A stretch of 64,000 nt of DNA from Lytechinus pictus (taxonomy: Eukaryota): contig NC_087254.1 in the NCBI RefSeq assembly GCF_037042905.1, positions 11,284,001-11,348,000 on the forward strand, read 5' to 3'. The position numbers and the translations under genes are program-made. The notes under the pieces were generated by a model, which made no database searches, was not told the DNA's origin, and was given only the letters and a program-made list of their open reading frames with translations. Below are positions 28,501 to 43,500 of the stretch, in pieces (the stretch's first letter is position 1; every line of letters starts with the position of its first letter).

Positions 28501-31500
28501 CATTTATTTGAGAGCGAAGGTCGTGGGTTTGAGTCCATCCAAGGTGGATTGAAGCCTGCGATGTGTGTAAACGTCTCTCCCCTGTTATAGATGCAGGCTA
28601 TGTTACAACGGAAAACACTCCGTCCCTCGGATAGGACATTAAATGGAGGCTCCATGTAGAGGAGAGTCACCTTTCACGTTAAGAACCCACTGCACTATTT
28701 GTATAAGAGTAGGGGAAAACCCGTTGTAGTTGACCATCTACATTCACCAATCAGTTATATCGCGAGGAAAGACCTGCGGTCATAGTGATTCAGTTCACTT
28801 TTTGCCTCCAAGGCACAGGTGATGCTAAACAAAATAATAATAATAATTTCATTTGATAAATTCTTTTCTTTCCCATTTTCAGACATTTATGGAATTACAT
28901 AGTAAGGAGCATCTTCTGCATTTAAAAAATGTGTGCAGATATTCAAATATCCATAGACTTGATTAAACACAATCAAATCAAAAGAGCTTCCAAATTAACT
29001 CACACGTTTGGCAGTTATCTCCCGAGAAACAACCCTGGCATCTACATGTGTACTGAGAGCATGAATCTTGTACCAGTTGACACTCGCCACCATTCAAACA
29101 TGGTGAAGATTGACAAGCATGCACCTCTGTAAAGCAAAAAAGTGTAAAAACATATCACATTAAATCTATTAACTGATTTGTTTTATTTTTTACAACATAA
29201 ACCACTTATCACATTGACAAAGAAAAAGAGATTACACCACTTATATATACATCATGTAAACACCATGCAAGTAAACAATGTTTGAATCCCAAAATTCTTA
29301 AAAATTACACAGCAGATAATTAATTTGTTGGAGTAAAAAATGGCTGAAAGTATAGCATTCCATAATATTCTTTCCAAAATAATAAACGAAAACTAATGCA
29401 AAATACTGATTTTTTTTGTCCCTTAGTTTCATCATATAAAAGTTTTGACTAAACCAGTTGTAATACATGTATACGTTGAGGGAAAGTGGTTAATTCAGTT
29501 TTGACTGTCCTCTGACAATTCATTTATTTATGAGGAGAAATTGACTCAATCAAAACTGCCATATAGTCCACACTGATGAAGTTGCAAATGCACTGTCAAA
29601 CCAGCTCTTGAGCGGCGTTGTTAGTGTACATGCATCACTGGTTGTTAAAATCATATTATCATGGCAAGAGAGATTGTTATTAGACCCCACCCCTCACTGG
29701 AGTGGGCAAAATTTATGTCACATATGAATTTCCCAGTATGAAAGAAAAAATAAAATGATTATGCACCATTGTTATCAGAAATTGCTACTGTTCTTTTTTA
29801 TTCAGGAAAAAAAAAACATCTACCCGTCTGAAATAAATTCATAATTTCATCTTGAAATCTCTCAGCAACACTGATGCAATAAACCCTAAACAGAAAAAGT
29901 TTGCCTATTAAAAGTGTCAATCAGACCACCCACTTCCAAAGTAATATATAAAGTATTGGAACTTACAGACTCATCGCTATGTCGTATTATGGAAGTAAGA
30001 GATTATAATTACGAAATAAACTGATAACCGGAAAAAATAAATAAAAAATTAGTTAGTTTCTGTTGAGCAGCGCTCTCATGGTATGACGAAAAATGAACTG
30101 AAAGAGGATGATATACCTGTCAAGCAGTTTCTGCCTGTGTAACAACCTGCACATTGACAGGTGAAATCACCACACGATGATCCGTTGCTGCTACAGGTAC
30201 CTCCGTTGAAACAAGGATTAGGATCACACTGGGTTATGGCTAAGACAAAACAAAAGAATTGAAAGAAATAAACTTAAAGTTTGAAAAGAAATCCAACACT
30301 CTGTCCATGTACATCATATTAGTCATATTTAAACATAGGTTTTATTAGTGACTAAAAGATGCTTTTAGATTAAGGAAATTGTATTACTTCTTAGGTTAAA
30401 GTCTCCAACTGGTCACCAAAAACATGTGGGTATAATCATCAATATTTCAGGAAGGAATTTAAGGACGTTCCACAGTTAAAGTGAAATCCATGTCATTTTC
30501 ACCAAACTTTGCACATATGTACTTTAGAACCTTAATATTCGAAATATGCAAAAATTAACATAGGTCCATGTGCTTGATTTTTTGCTATAGAGCTTCAAAG
30601 TTCACCCAAATTGATGTTCTTAAGAATTGCGCATTCAAAAGAATTTGGCATTTTTAGACCGCCCAAGATTACTACAATGAGTTTAAACTTGTATTACTCA
30701 GTCAAAATACATGAAAAAGTCATCAAATTTCGCAAGAGAGTTAATAATTGTATCGTTAGAATGGAGAATCTATTTATAGTGCTATTGGTTTGCAATTTTA
30801 AGTTTAACAGCACTGTCAGTTCTTAAAAATGGCGTAAAAGATAACAAAATCCCAATCTAAAAAATGTAAAATTTCAGTAACAAACTACAAAAGTACAATA
30901 AATGCTGCACTTTGTTCAAAATCCATGTCATTTTCACCAGAATTTGCAAAGTTGTAGAGGAAGGTATACCTAAGAGGTACAAACATTAAAAAATAGGGGT
31001 TCATGTGCTTGTTTTTAAACTATCAGCATTTTTATTAAAGCAAATGTGCTTTTTAAAACACCAAAAATGCGCCGAATGCTTTGTATCTATGTTAAGAAAA
31101 AATCAAAACCACTCTACCATTTATTCAAACTCGGGATAATATTCGTGATTCTTGGCAGCACTGCAGAGTAAAGTATTTTGAAATTGTAGATAATTTTTTT
31201 GGAATGGTCCATGGAATAATTTCATATTTTTAGCTTCATAAAATAACGCATCGGATCTGCAGTTAGAGTGCAGAAGATGAGAAAAATTAGCTCATTCCCG
31301 CAGCTAATTAATCACCTGTTCATCCATTGTGACGTCTGCGCGCAGAGTGTAAACTATGCGCAGATCATAATGCGCACAAACATAACTGTGGAACGTCCTT
31401 AAGAGACAGGTATGACGGGGGTCAAGGGAGCAAGCATTTTTATTTATTCAAATATATTTTGATAAGAGAACAAGATCAGCACGAGACACTGTTTTACACT

Positions 31501-34500
31501 AAGGATATACACACAGAATAAATCATAATAATGATAATAATGATAACAATGATGATAAAGACAATAATAATTACAATAGCGATAATAATAATCATAATAA
31601 TAATCATAAAATAATGATTAAGATAATTCAAACAATTTTTATCATGCTTTTCCCATTTCTTCAGTAGATGCTCAAGGCGATAACGAGTCTACAAAGGACC
31701 ATGACCCTGGTACAATTAAACATTGATCACTATGAAGAGATACATGAAGGTTGATAAGATTACATTACCTGTTTCACAGTTCGACCCTATGAAGCATCCG
31801 TCACACTGGCAGGTATACCCTTGGCACGATCCAGCAAGAGGTGTGCACATACCCCCATTCAAACACGGATTTGGGCTACACTGGTCAATAACTACATGTA
31901 GTTAAGGTACAAATACAGAGAAAGGTTATGAGATAAGCCAAGGTAGCTTTGAGGGTCTGACACTGGGGTAGCTTCAGGGTATTCTGAAAGGGGGCAAAAT
32001 GACCTAACAGTGATTTTTTTTTTGTCAATTCAATAACAGGGTTAATATAGAGACAGGACCAAGACCTGATTTTTATATTTAGCTTTCTTCCCTTTACCAT
32101 TAGATATTGTAGGTTCAGTTCATATTTCATATTATTCAAGAGTATTTTTTCACAATTTTTCAGGAAAAATTAAAACTAATTGAGAGAACGAAAAGTTAAT
32201 ATAATTTCTATTCATAATTTCTCATTTATATAATTGTATTTGTGATCTATGTCCACCTTAGTAATAACCAAGCTTATTGGTGAGCAGTATATTAATGTCT
32301 CAAAATTAAGGATTACACATGTAGATTAACCAGAAGAACCTATATTAACTCTACTGTATGAACAAGTTGCCTATTGTAAAAATCATAATCTAATAATTTC
32401 AAAGAGTTGAAACGATTCTGTTCTTCCTGAATATCATGGTATCATAAAATTGGAAATACACTAAACTGATATTTTCAAAATCGAACTCACAGTTTTCACA
32501 GTTTGTTCCATTGTAGCATCCAACACAAGCGCATTCATAATCAGTACATGATAGTCTACGACAAAGGGCTCCATTCAAGCAACTGTTGGGCTCACATGGA
32601 TTAACAACTGCAGAAAAAGTGAAGCATAGAAATAAAAGAAATTAATAAGCTCCAATCGATCAGTCTGCTGCTAGTTAATGTTTTTTCTGATAATTTTGAT
32701 GATTTGATAAACCCAAATAAAAATAAACCTAATGTATACTGAAACAATCAGTAACTAGGCAAAATCAAGCCCTTTGCAAAAACAAAACTCAGGATTTTTT
32801 GTGTTTTCTGACTGTATACAAGTTGTTCACTTAGAAAATCTGTTACATTTTGAACATTTGCTATTCTGGATAATTGATACAATTCATTTGTGATGAAACC
32901 ATGCTTATTTTTAAGAAAGGACCCTTCTAGAAAGATAGAGAAAAAACAATCTGATATGCTTACATTCCATTTTAGATGTTATTGGAATTGACTAGTATAA
33001 AAAAAAGTCTCTGATCACTGATCTACACTCGAACATATACAACTGATATAATAACCCAGCTTTGTGTAGCAGGTTAAAGTTGGGTATTACATTGACTGAA
33101 TAATACATTCATGAAATAATATTACTAAGGAGTGGGCCATATACACTTTTTAAACAGGTGAGGATTACAATTTTTACATAGCTTTTTTAAATTTAAATCT
33201 TTGCATTATGTAAAATTTACATATAGTGCTATGCAGCTTATGGTGCTACAAAGTAATAAATTCATTGAAACTTACATTCCGAGCAGGTTGGGCCGGAGAA
33301 GCATCCTTGACATTGGCACGTAAAGTTATTACATTCTCCCGCTACCAGACTACACACACCACCAAACTGACATGGGAAACTCTGACAAGGATCAATAGCT
33401 AGATGAGAAAGAAAATTTGAAAAATGCATACTCTCAATGGTTAGACAGAAAAATTATTTTGATAAATGTATATATAAATCAACTTGAAAATTTGTAGTAT
33501 AATTTCTGTAAGTTCATCAAACCAATTATAAATAAGAGAGGTGAGTTTTATCATCAACTACATTTTTTTTCTTTTATTCATCTAAAATCCAATGTAAACC
33601 AAAGATAAATATCTAACATCATATATACATTTATTTACTTCCCGATCTGTATTCGATAATATATTATGTTTAATTATATTACATTATGCTCTACCTTCTC
33701 TATGTTAAACTTCAATTAGTCATTTTTCTTTGTATATAGATGTATATCTGGTTAATAATTGGAAATCTATGGAAAATGTATTGATGTATTACTGATTTAT
33801 GTGACATACAATTATGAAAGTTTTTGTTTGTTATTGTATATATTTTAGAACAAAATGTTCATGCCAAATGAAGTTTGTTAATAAATTCAAATTCGAATTC
33901 AAAATAATGAAATAAATGAGGCTTATGTGAGGTGGTAATTAATGTTGATGTGAAAGTGTCATTGCTCCCTTCCCTTCCTAGATTAATGTAGTTTGGGAAA
34001 TAATTATTTGACCCTTTCCTATTAAGCTCTCATGTGGCATGGTCTATTAAAGGGATGGTCCGGGCTGAAGATATTTCTAAATAAATAGAGTATAATTCAC
34101 AAAGCAAAAGGCTGAAAATCTCATCAAAATTGGATAACAAATAACAAAGCTATTGAATTTTAAAGTTTATCAATATTTTGTGAAAACAGTTATATGCACA
34201 TCGTCATAAATACTCATTAGGTGGACTGATGTCACATCCCCACTTTCCTTTTTCTTTTGTTATTACATGAAATCATAAATGTTTCATTTTTTCATACATG
34301 TGTAAATGATATGTCTCCATTATGATGAAATAAGTTGCGGCAATAAATAACTAATGCACTTAATCAGTTGTCAATGCAACTGTTATAGTTCTTGGTTAAA
34401 AAAAATTGAATAAACATAATAATTTCATATAATAAAATACAAAAGATCAAGTGGGGATATGACATCATCAGCCCACCTAATGAATATTCATACAGACATG

Positions 34501-37500
34501 CCTAGAACTGTTTCACTGGAATAATGCAAATCTTAAAAATTCATGAACTTTGTTATTTGTTATCAGATTTTGATCAAATTGAGTCAGCATTATGCTTTGT
34601 GAATTTTACTCTATTTATTAAGATAAGAATATTTCCAGCCTGGACCATCCCTTTAAATATTTCCCAAGATGTTATCCTAAGTAAATATAATCTATATACA
34701 AGAATATTTGTATATTATGATGCTACATTTGATATCCTACAACTTTAATACTAACTTTCAAGGTTTCAAGATCCAATAATTGTAATTTATTAACTTTTGT
34801 AGTTTTAATAAATTCAGCAAACGTTTTATTCTTGATTTGTTACAGGATCATTTACATTTAAAAAAAAGGAAAAATAAGTTTTATAGTAAATGGAATAATT
34901 CCTATGACATGCTGCAAATAGTGATAAAACAAGATCATGACTGTAAAATTAAGATTTTTCTTAACTGAAACTGAAACACCTGTTGGTGTGACTGGACAGC
35001 ATTGAGTTTCATAACTCTCATGAACCTGGGCCAGTCTGTATCAATCTTGTTACTATTTCACTTCGCTAAGTAAAATGCCTAACTCGTATTCACATCACAT
35101 AAGTATTTTATTTCATCAAGCTATAAAGTTAAAGCTAAATAATGTGCAATGTATGTAACCATCTGGGCGCTTATGCACATTTGTACACCGCACGCAAGCT
35201 AGACTTAGGCCAGGTATGCAACTGACTTTGATTTAAGCAAAGTATTTGTCCCCCCCCCCCAAAAAAAAAAAAACAGTTGATTTGCAGCTTAAGAGTCAAA
35301 CTGCAAAATGGCCCTGGTGATTTTAAAGCAGACTTACGTAAATGACAGAATTGTCCTTCAAAGCAGCCCTGACATTGACATGTATAATCAAAACACGACC
35401 CTGCTAGAGGGCTGCAAGTTGCTCCATTCTGACAAGCGTTGTTATTACATGGATCTTGTACTGAAATTTAAAAAAAATATATAAATAAACGGTTTTCACC
35501 TTATAAGTATGCTGTAGACACTGCAAAGGAGGCACTCAATCAATGTTGATTAAGATATTAGATTGATTGGACAGTCATGTGATTTTTTTCTATTTCACAT
35601 CCGCACTGCTCATCCTGTTATTCTCACTGATTTCATTTTTTTTTTACACGTTTTCACAAAAAAATATCAAACCGTCCGTTGTAACAGATGTTTCAATGAG
35701 TAATTTATCCTATTCTTTGGATCAGAAAGTAAGGATAAAAAATACTAAAATAAAAAGCATAAGGTAGGGGAAATTACATTGTGAGCTCACTCGTGCTCAT
35801 TGCATAATGGAGCATTGTGGCCCAGTGGATTAGTATTCTGACTCTGAAATAGAGGGTCATGGGTTTGAATCCCAGCCATGGCATAATTTTCTTCAAGCAA
35901 GAAATTTATCCACATTGTGCTGGACTAAACCCAGGTAAGGTGAATGGGTATCCGGCAAGATACATTCCTTGAATGCATGAGCGATGAAAGGCAGCTCAAG
36001 CTAAAGCCGGGGTAATAATGATTATAACAATGCCCCTCGGAATATAATATTTCTAGATACATGTAGATGGCACTATATAAATGCCTATTATTATCATTAT
36101 TGATAAAAAAATATTTGTTTCAATCTAAAATGCAAACTAGGGTCAGGGAGAGTGAGAGAGGTTTGTAAAATTGCAGTTCACTGATATTTAGCATGACTAT
36201 TCATCAAAACTATTTCCTGGAGGACATAAGATTCCCAGTTTTTTGCTTAATATTCAAATTCTTTAATCAAGCTCTCAAAAAATGTAATACCATAACTCAA
36301 TTATTTCATTATTTTCATACTTGTTCATACAAAAAATATTGATCTACCCTTTGTAATGGATACTGAATAAATGAGTAGTTTACCCCATTCTTATATCTTT
36401 GGAGTGGAAAATTGGGATTGAAAAATTGCTTAATATTCAATCGCCATCATCAAGCCCTCGAATAGTGTAAGTGGACTCACAAAGTTCGCAGTTAGGTCCG
36501 GTGTAGCATCCTGGACATTGACACGTAGCAACAGAGCACGACAATGGTTGACATGTTCCGCCATTCAAACAGACCTGAGATGAGCATGGATCTGATGCTG
36601 TTAGAAGAGAAAAGTCCAAAGTCACAAACACAAATCACAAGGATTAAAAACCGACAGTTAGAGGGTGATTTCATAAATAAGTGGGCCAATTTGTACATTT
36701 TTGTGTCCATTTAAATAAAGCATTTTGAGCTATTGCTGCCATTGAAATTATCATTAAACCATTCAGATTTTAGTTGGCTACCAAATATCAAAAAAGAGGC
36801 CATAGATGTGCATTTGATGTATCTTAGACCTCATGGTAGTTTTATGTTGGTTTCGATGGCATAAAGTTCAAAGTTTCTTATGTTAACGGGATACCCAAAA
36901 TGTCACAACTTGCCACCATATTTTACTAAATTACCAATAAATGAACATGAAATTCATACTCGTTTGGAACTATATTCATTAACAACGCATGCGTACAAAC
37001 ATAACAATAGACCCTGGTAGCATGCCATTATTGTAAGTCAGAAATACATCATGATTCAATCTATATCTAAAGTGCATCTGTAAGTATTGGGTGTATCTAC
37101 AGCAGATACAGTATTTTATACTATGCAAAAGTTACTTAGTGTATCTGCGGAATGCAGGGAAAACCAGCTTCATTTATATCATGTTGAGATATTTAATAAG
37201 GTTGTGAGAATGATGCTAGCTATATAAGGACATCCTAAAAATTTCTTCACTAAAGAAGAGGACGCATACTTATTTGGCAGTTGTCTCCTTCAAAGCAGGT
37301 TGGACAGCGGCATTCGTACTCCTGGCAAGATAACCTCAAACAAACTCCTCCATTACCACATGGGTTTACAGTGCATGGGTCCAATACTACATCATAGAGA
37401 CAATTAAAAAAGGGAAAATTATGATGATAGAAATTATGGTTTAGTTCTTTCTTTTCATTTTGTTTACTCATGTTCATTTTATGTTCTTGATTGAAGTAGA

Positions 37501-40500
37501 AGAAAAAAGCATAACTATATCTTGGATATTTCTCAACGCATTTCACATTCTAGTTTAGTGACAAAATTTGGGAAATTACTAATATAAATTTGTCTGTCTC
37601 AAATGCACTGGAAGGCTACAATCCAATCCGATCCTAGTCATTGAATTGGTACTACACTCTTTCCTTGTAGTTACAATGTGCTTCACAATTTGCTACATGT
37701 CAGTCACTCAACAGAAACATTTGAAAAAAGACCAGTTCAATTCACTTCTGTAATTATAGCTTATGACTTTTTTTAACAAAAGATGGGCATACGTTAAGTC
37801 CACTATTCTGAAAAAAAATGGCTTTAGATTTAACAAGGATTCTATGAGATACAAGTCCAAGTTCAGGAGAACATTTCATTAAGGTACTCACATGTTTCAC
37901 AGGTCAGTCCAGTGCTGCAGCCCTGACAATTGCAAGAGAACTCTGTACAGGATCCAGGTGTTGCAGTACAGATGCTGTTAAACTGACACGGGTTGGGGTT
38001 GCACTGATTTTGAGCTGGATAAGAAAGACAGTACAGTGTGTATCTTACGGCAGGGAGGTTACCTATTTGTTATGTTAGTCAAATTTCCAGAAACTGAAGC
38101 TACTACTTTTTAAAGAGAAAACAGAAATATTAAGGAGAATGTAGCTCCAAACACCTACAAAAACAATGCATACATAAAACGTTCAAGAAGTTGTTTTATT
38201 GAAATCGGGGGCCATGTAGTACCCAAACTTAAAATATAGATATTCATAAGCAATTGTACAGCAATCATATATATCATTTATCAAAAACAGTGCACCAAAG
38301 TAACTGGGACCAAATATATTACCAATGTTACACATATTATTTGTGTTAGGAGAAAGTAAAATGGAGGTACCGTTTTCACAAAACTGTCCTTGGAAACATC
38401 CAATGCACTGGCATTCAAAGGCATCACACGATCCACTAACAGGAATACAGGCTGCCCCGTTCATACATGGTGACGGTTCACATGGGGTAATAGCTGTAGA
38501 TGTAAATGGAACACACACTACTCTTTTAACGCTGCATTGATTCCTAACAAAATCATTCATTCATGTTTTGTTACATGTTCTATTCAGTTCATATAATCAA
38601 TTTGCCATGGACCCAATGGAGAAAGTAAGATTAATTTACCTTATGAAATCCACTGTTTTGGGACCTCTTGCAGAAAGAGATCTCTTTAAACGCAACTATT
38701 GCAATAAAATGAAACAATCATAATATCCACTTTCTTTTAATTAGTTACTTGAAAATATATGTGTAAGGTTCTTAAAGTTATGCCTGAATGCATCTCTTCT
38801 GTGACTGGGTCTCTTTTACTTTATCATCATTCTCTTCCTCCTCCTGTAAATTAATGCTAAAGTGTTTTGGTTGAAGCAAAATCAGAGATAATGAAGCAAT
38901 GAAATAAATGATGGAATCATTAAAAGTGGTTTACCTCATTTTCAAAATAAAAAGTTTAATTCATTAAACTCACTCTTTGAATCATCATTATGATACTCAC
39001 GTGTAAGACAGTTCTGCCCTGTAAAGCACCCCTGACATGTACAACTATAGTCGGTACAGGTTACAGGACTACACAACCCCTGGTTGCCACAAGGATTGTT
39101 ACTGCAAGGATCCAGCTCTGTGAAAGATGCAAGGAGATATAATATTAGTTTGTGATACAGGGAAACATTTTCATATGGTCATGAATACACAATACAATTA
39201 TTTTTATCCATTCGGGCATACATGAGAAATAATTTGTCCTTTTCATGTTTTTCTGTCAGATTAATGGTAAAAGAAAGTAGTTGCAGCAAGCAATTATTTC
39301 ATGACAAAGTCTTTTAAATCAAGGTTAATTGTCACCATATTATCATATATCTAGATCTGATACATTAATGTAAACTTATCTTTGTGTAATCGGTTAAAAT
39401 CGATAATTCTGATGATCACTAACACAGAAAAGCATATGACAGCGCATTATTATTGCTTGATAAAATACCTGACACTTGATGGAATTCCATGCTTATCTTA
39501 CTCATTTCTCGCAATCATGCATTTTCTTCCAGAGCCATTTTGCACATATTTTTTATTTATACATACAAACACTTGGGTGGTAATTTCATTGGATTCTGTT
39601 TGAACTCTTTTTCAGGTCGTTTCCACAACTGGTGTTTATCTTTAACTTCAAATATTGAATATTCATGTTAGCAGAACATTTAAAAAGGACATAAAATCCC
39701 CATGGTGTAAAGTAAAAAGGGCACATTTCACCTATTACAGCAAATAACACATTGGCTACTGAATTCTATGATTCCTGTAGTCTTTGTACAGGGATCACCA
39801 GATTTTACTTGGCAATTAATTTAGAAATTTAGAAAACTTATTTGTCACATGCTTTGCAGTTCACCCCTATGTGACTGCAACAGAAATGCACATGAGATTC
39901 TCTTCACTTAGCTATGCATACAAGGCTTTGTGTTATTCATCTCGATCACACCATAGGACAGGGGTAATCAACCCCACCCCCACTTGGTTACACGGTCCTT
40001 ATTACAACTGGCAGGCAAAAGATATTCATTCGAGCCAACCCATTCTCAATTTTTAAATTTGATATTGCTGATTGACAAAAATGAATGAATATGATTGACA
40101 ATCTAACACTGATTCTAGGGAGGGTACCTACTGAACTTCCTTTTTCCAAATTGGAAAGATATATCACTACTTTGGAACTATTTTTTTACTGGCGGAAGAA
40201 TTAGGGCCGTTAACTCTCTCAAGTGATGAATTTGATCCTGTCAGGTGTAGTCTTCATAAATGCCGATTTATTTTTAAAATGAGCCATTTGAGGTACCCTT
40301 TTCTGGTCATATATGAAATGTCAGACATATATCCTCTCCACTGGTAGTAAACATTCAACCCTCGGATTTCCTCCTTATTTTCTATGAATTTTTTTAAAGT
40401 GGCACTTTAACACACGAGTCTATGGGAAATGAATTAGGCCTGTGATACCACTTACTGTCTGCGAGAGCAGTGTAACATGGACAGAATATCCTCATACTTA

Positions 40501-43500
40501 CGAGTTTCACAGTTCACCCCTGTGTTGCAATTGCGGCAGATGCAGCTGTACTCGGTGCAAACAGTACTTGACGGTATACATAAACCATCGTTCTGACATG
40601 GATTCGGACTGCATGGTGTTATACCTGGATGAAGGACCAATCATTTAACGTCTTATTATAAAAACATAGCATGTTGAATGAGTTCAATATTACAATACAA
40701 TGAGTTCAATATTATAAATAATTTGATGCTTAAGTTTGGTATTCCCAAAGACATTTTCACATGAAACCAAGTCTACCATAAATTAGCCATAGTATTGAAC
40801 ACATTTATTTGAAGATAAATTAAACAAATATCAAATTGTCAGGGGAAAATGAAAATAAGACATTCAAGCACAGAAATTCTGTCTCTCTTGGGTTAAAAAT
40901 ATTTTGATTTCTTTTGTTACCACGGAAGTCATGAGGATATGGAAATAGGGATTTCCATATTAGTGAGCGTTGGGATATTGGGACACCGCTGAACTATCAC
41001 CAGGGAGTGGAGGATCTGTTGGCACTGCCTGACGGCTAGTGCCAACCTGATAACAAGATTAATGGTGTAAGTGCTTGGAAACACCACATTCAGAGCATTA
41101 TGAATGCAGAATATTGTGCATCTGACTTAGCATATTGGAAAGCTTGTTCGAAGCCAACTTATAGCAGAGCCACACTGGCTTAACTGACTTTAGACGGCCT
41201 TATCTACTGTATTTCCAATGATGTATACCAAGGGTCAGTTTGAAGTCAGTTTAACTGGTTTGATTGTAGCACAATAATCATCTACTCACCCTGTTGACAG
41301 AGGGATCCTTCAACACATGCTGGGCACTGGCATGTGAATGATGTACATGAACCTTGATCAGTGATACAGGTACCTCCATTTGCACAAGGATTGTTAACAC
41401 ATGGATTCAAGTCTGAAAATGTACAATGGTTAATCTCTTATACACTTTGTACGATTATAGATATCACAACTGAATTTTCATGATTCTATATTCACTTTGA
41501 ATCTAGTATTCTGATATCGCTTCAAGTATACTACAACCAGCTTAGATTCTTATTGGTAATGACATTGTCATATAGATCAACCTTACCATGTATACAGGCA
41601 TTAATTACTCATGCTCTATTGTTAATGATATTTTCATAAAATTCCAAATAAATGTACCCCAAGTGCTGGATAGAGTGTGGCCAACTGATAGGTGTGTCAA
41701 ATTTTATCATCAATATTAAACCAGCATGCTCTCAAAATGATGTTCATGTTATCTTCCATACAAACTATAAAGACAAATAAGACAAGCTTTCAAATGAATT
41801 TTATACAAAATAGTGGTGCTAATACTGGTAGTCTGCATGATAAATGTGAAGTTGGAAACAGTGGGAAATCATTTATCAACTTCAAATTCTTACCAGTTCC
41901 CATGTACGTTGTCACCGTTTCCCCCAAAGAGCTCATATCTTCTTTACAATAAAATCAATTCACTATAATCCTCTTCTGTATTTTGTTCTAGTGGATGAAT
42001 ATTGCCCCATTTTCTACATTATATACGTTAACTAGCATACTTAACTGAAATAATGCTTAATAAGGCATTTTCCACTGTGGCTTTCATGCATGAACATACC
42101 TGTTGCACATGTTGATCCCTGAAAGCATGCGTCACAGGTACAGATGAAACCCAAACAGTTGTTTGGATCCTGTTGACAAGTTCCTCCATTAAGACAGGGG
42201 CTATTCGCACATGGATCAATGGCTAGCAGGAAAAAGGAGAGTTATCATTTATACATTTGAACTTGGCATAAATGTTTAATATTAATCATATGGAATCAAA
42301 GGTTGACTGTCCGTCTCCTGAAGACGGACAGTCAACCTGCCCGAAACGTCGAGTCTCTCTACTACTCATCATCTCTACTCGCCGACTCAAGCCAGCGTCT
42401 CCTCACTAGCTCTACTACTCAAGCTGTTCTCAACTCATCAATCTTTCCTGGTTTACAGTCCTTTTCAGGACTACTTTCAAGAAAGAATACTCTACTCTCA
42501 AATCTCCACTTTCTCGCCTATCCATTTCTTCTCTTCTCCTATCCACTGTTTCTACAACACTTCACATGGTGTACCGTAAACCACATCAGCGATTGTACAT
42601 ACCACTATGCAAACCTTCAAACAACATCTCAAAATGACTTTGTTTCCAGATTAATTTTACCTATTGAATGATACTGGGGGTTGAACCAAGGCTCTTCCAT
42701 TCAAGTAAATTTCATTCTAACTTGTAATACAGTTCACTCCTCACCGGCAAACTGCAATTTGACTTCACAGAATAATACATTATGTTGTGTGAGTAATAAG
42801 TGTATTTGCGAATATAACCAACAATCCATGACTCATTGAAAATTTTACATTGATTGGGAAAATAGCATCAGTGACCAACCATCTACCTCATGAACAGGTT
42901 AACCAAGTCACCTACACCACGGCCACCAACATTCTGCCCTCTTATCAGGAGCTTGGCATTTTGAAATAGATAATTCTTATAACATAAGTACACTGTGAAC
43001 GGCCCTTCGACATGTAAGTGATAGGCCTTCTCACCTAAGATTAAAATATTAGATATTAAGAGATGATTAAATGATTCCAATTTTTTTCAATTTTCATCAT
43101 GTGTAATTTTACTTATGAAGTGATGAGTTCAGTATTCTAACAAGTCATGATATTGAGGTGGTGGTTTTCAGAACTGTTCCAGATATACCTTGGACAGGTA
43201 ATTTTACTGATGCCCTTGCTGATGTGCATTGTTTGAATACTTATGGTGAGAGACTGCTGATTTGACAGGCTCCATTGATACATGAACTGGGATTGCATGG
43301 ATTCGTGGAGTAGGAGAGAGAGATTGTGAGAGAGGGGGGGGGGGGGGCAAATATCAATGCTGATGTATATTATCTGAATACTTACGGATGTCACAGTTCT
43401 GACCAGTGTAGCACAAGTTGCAAAGACAACTGTACTGTGTGCATGGTGAGAAACTGCTGATCTGACAGGCTCCATTGATACATGGACTGGGGTTGCATGG

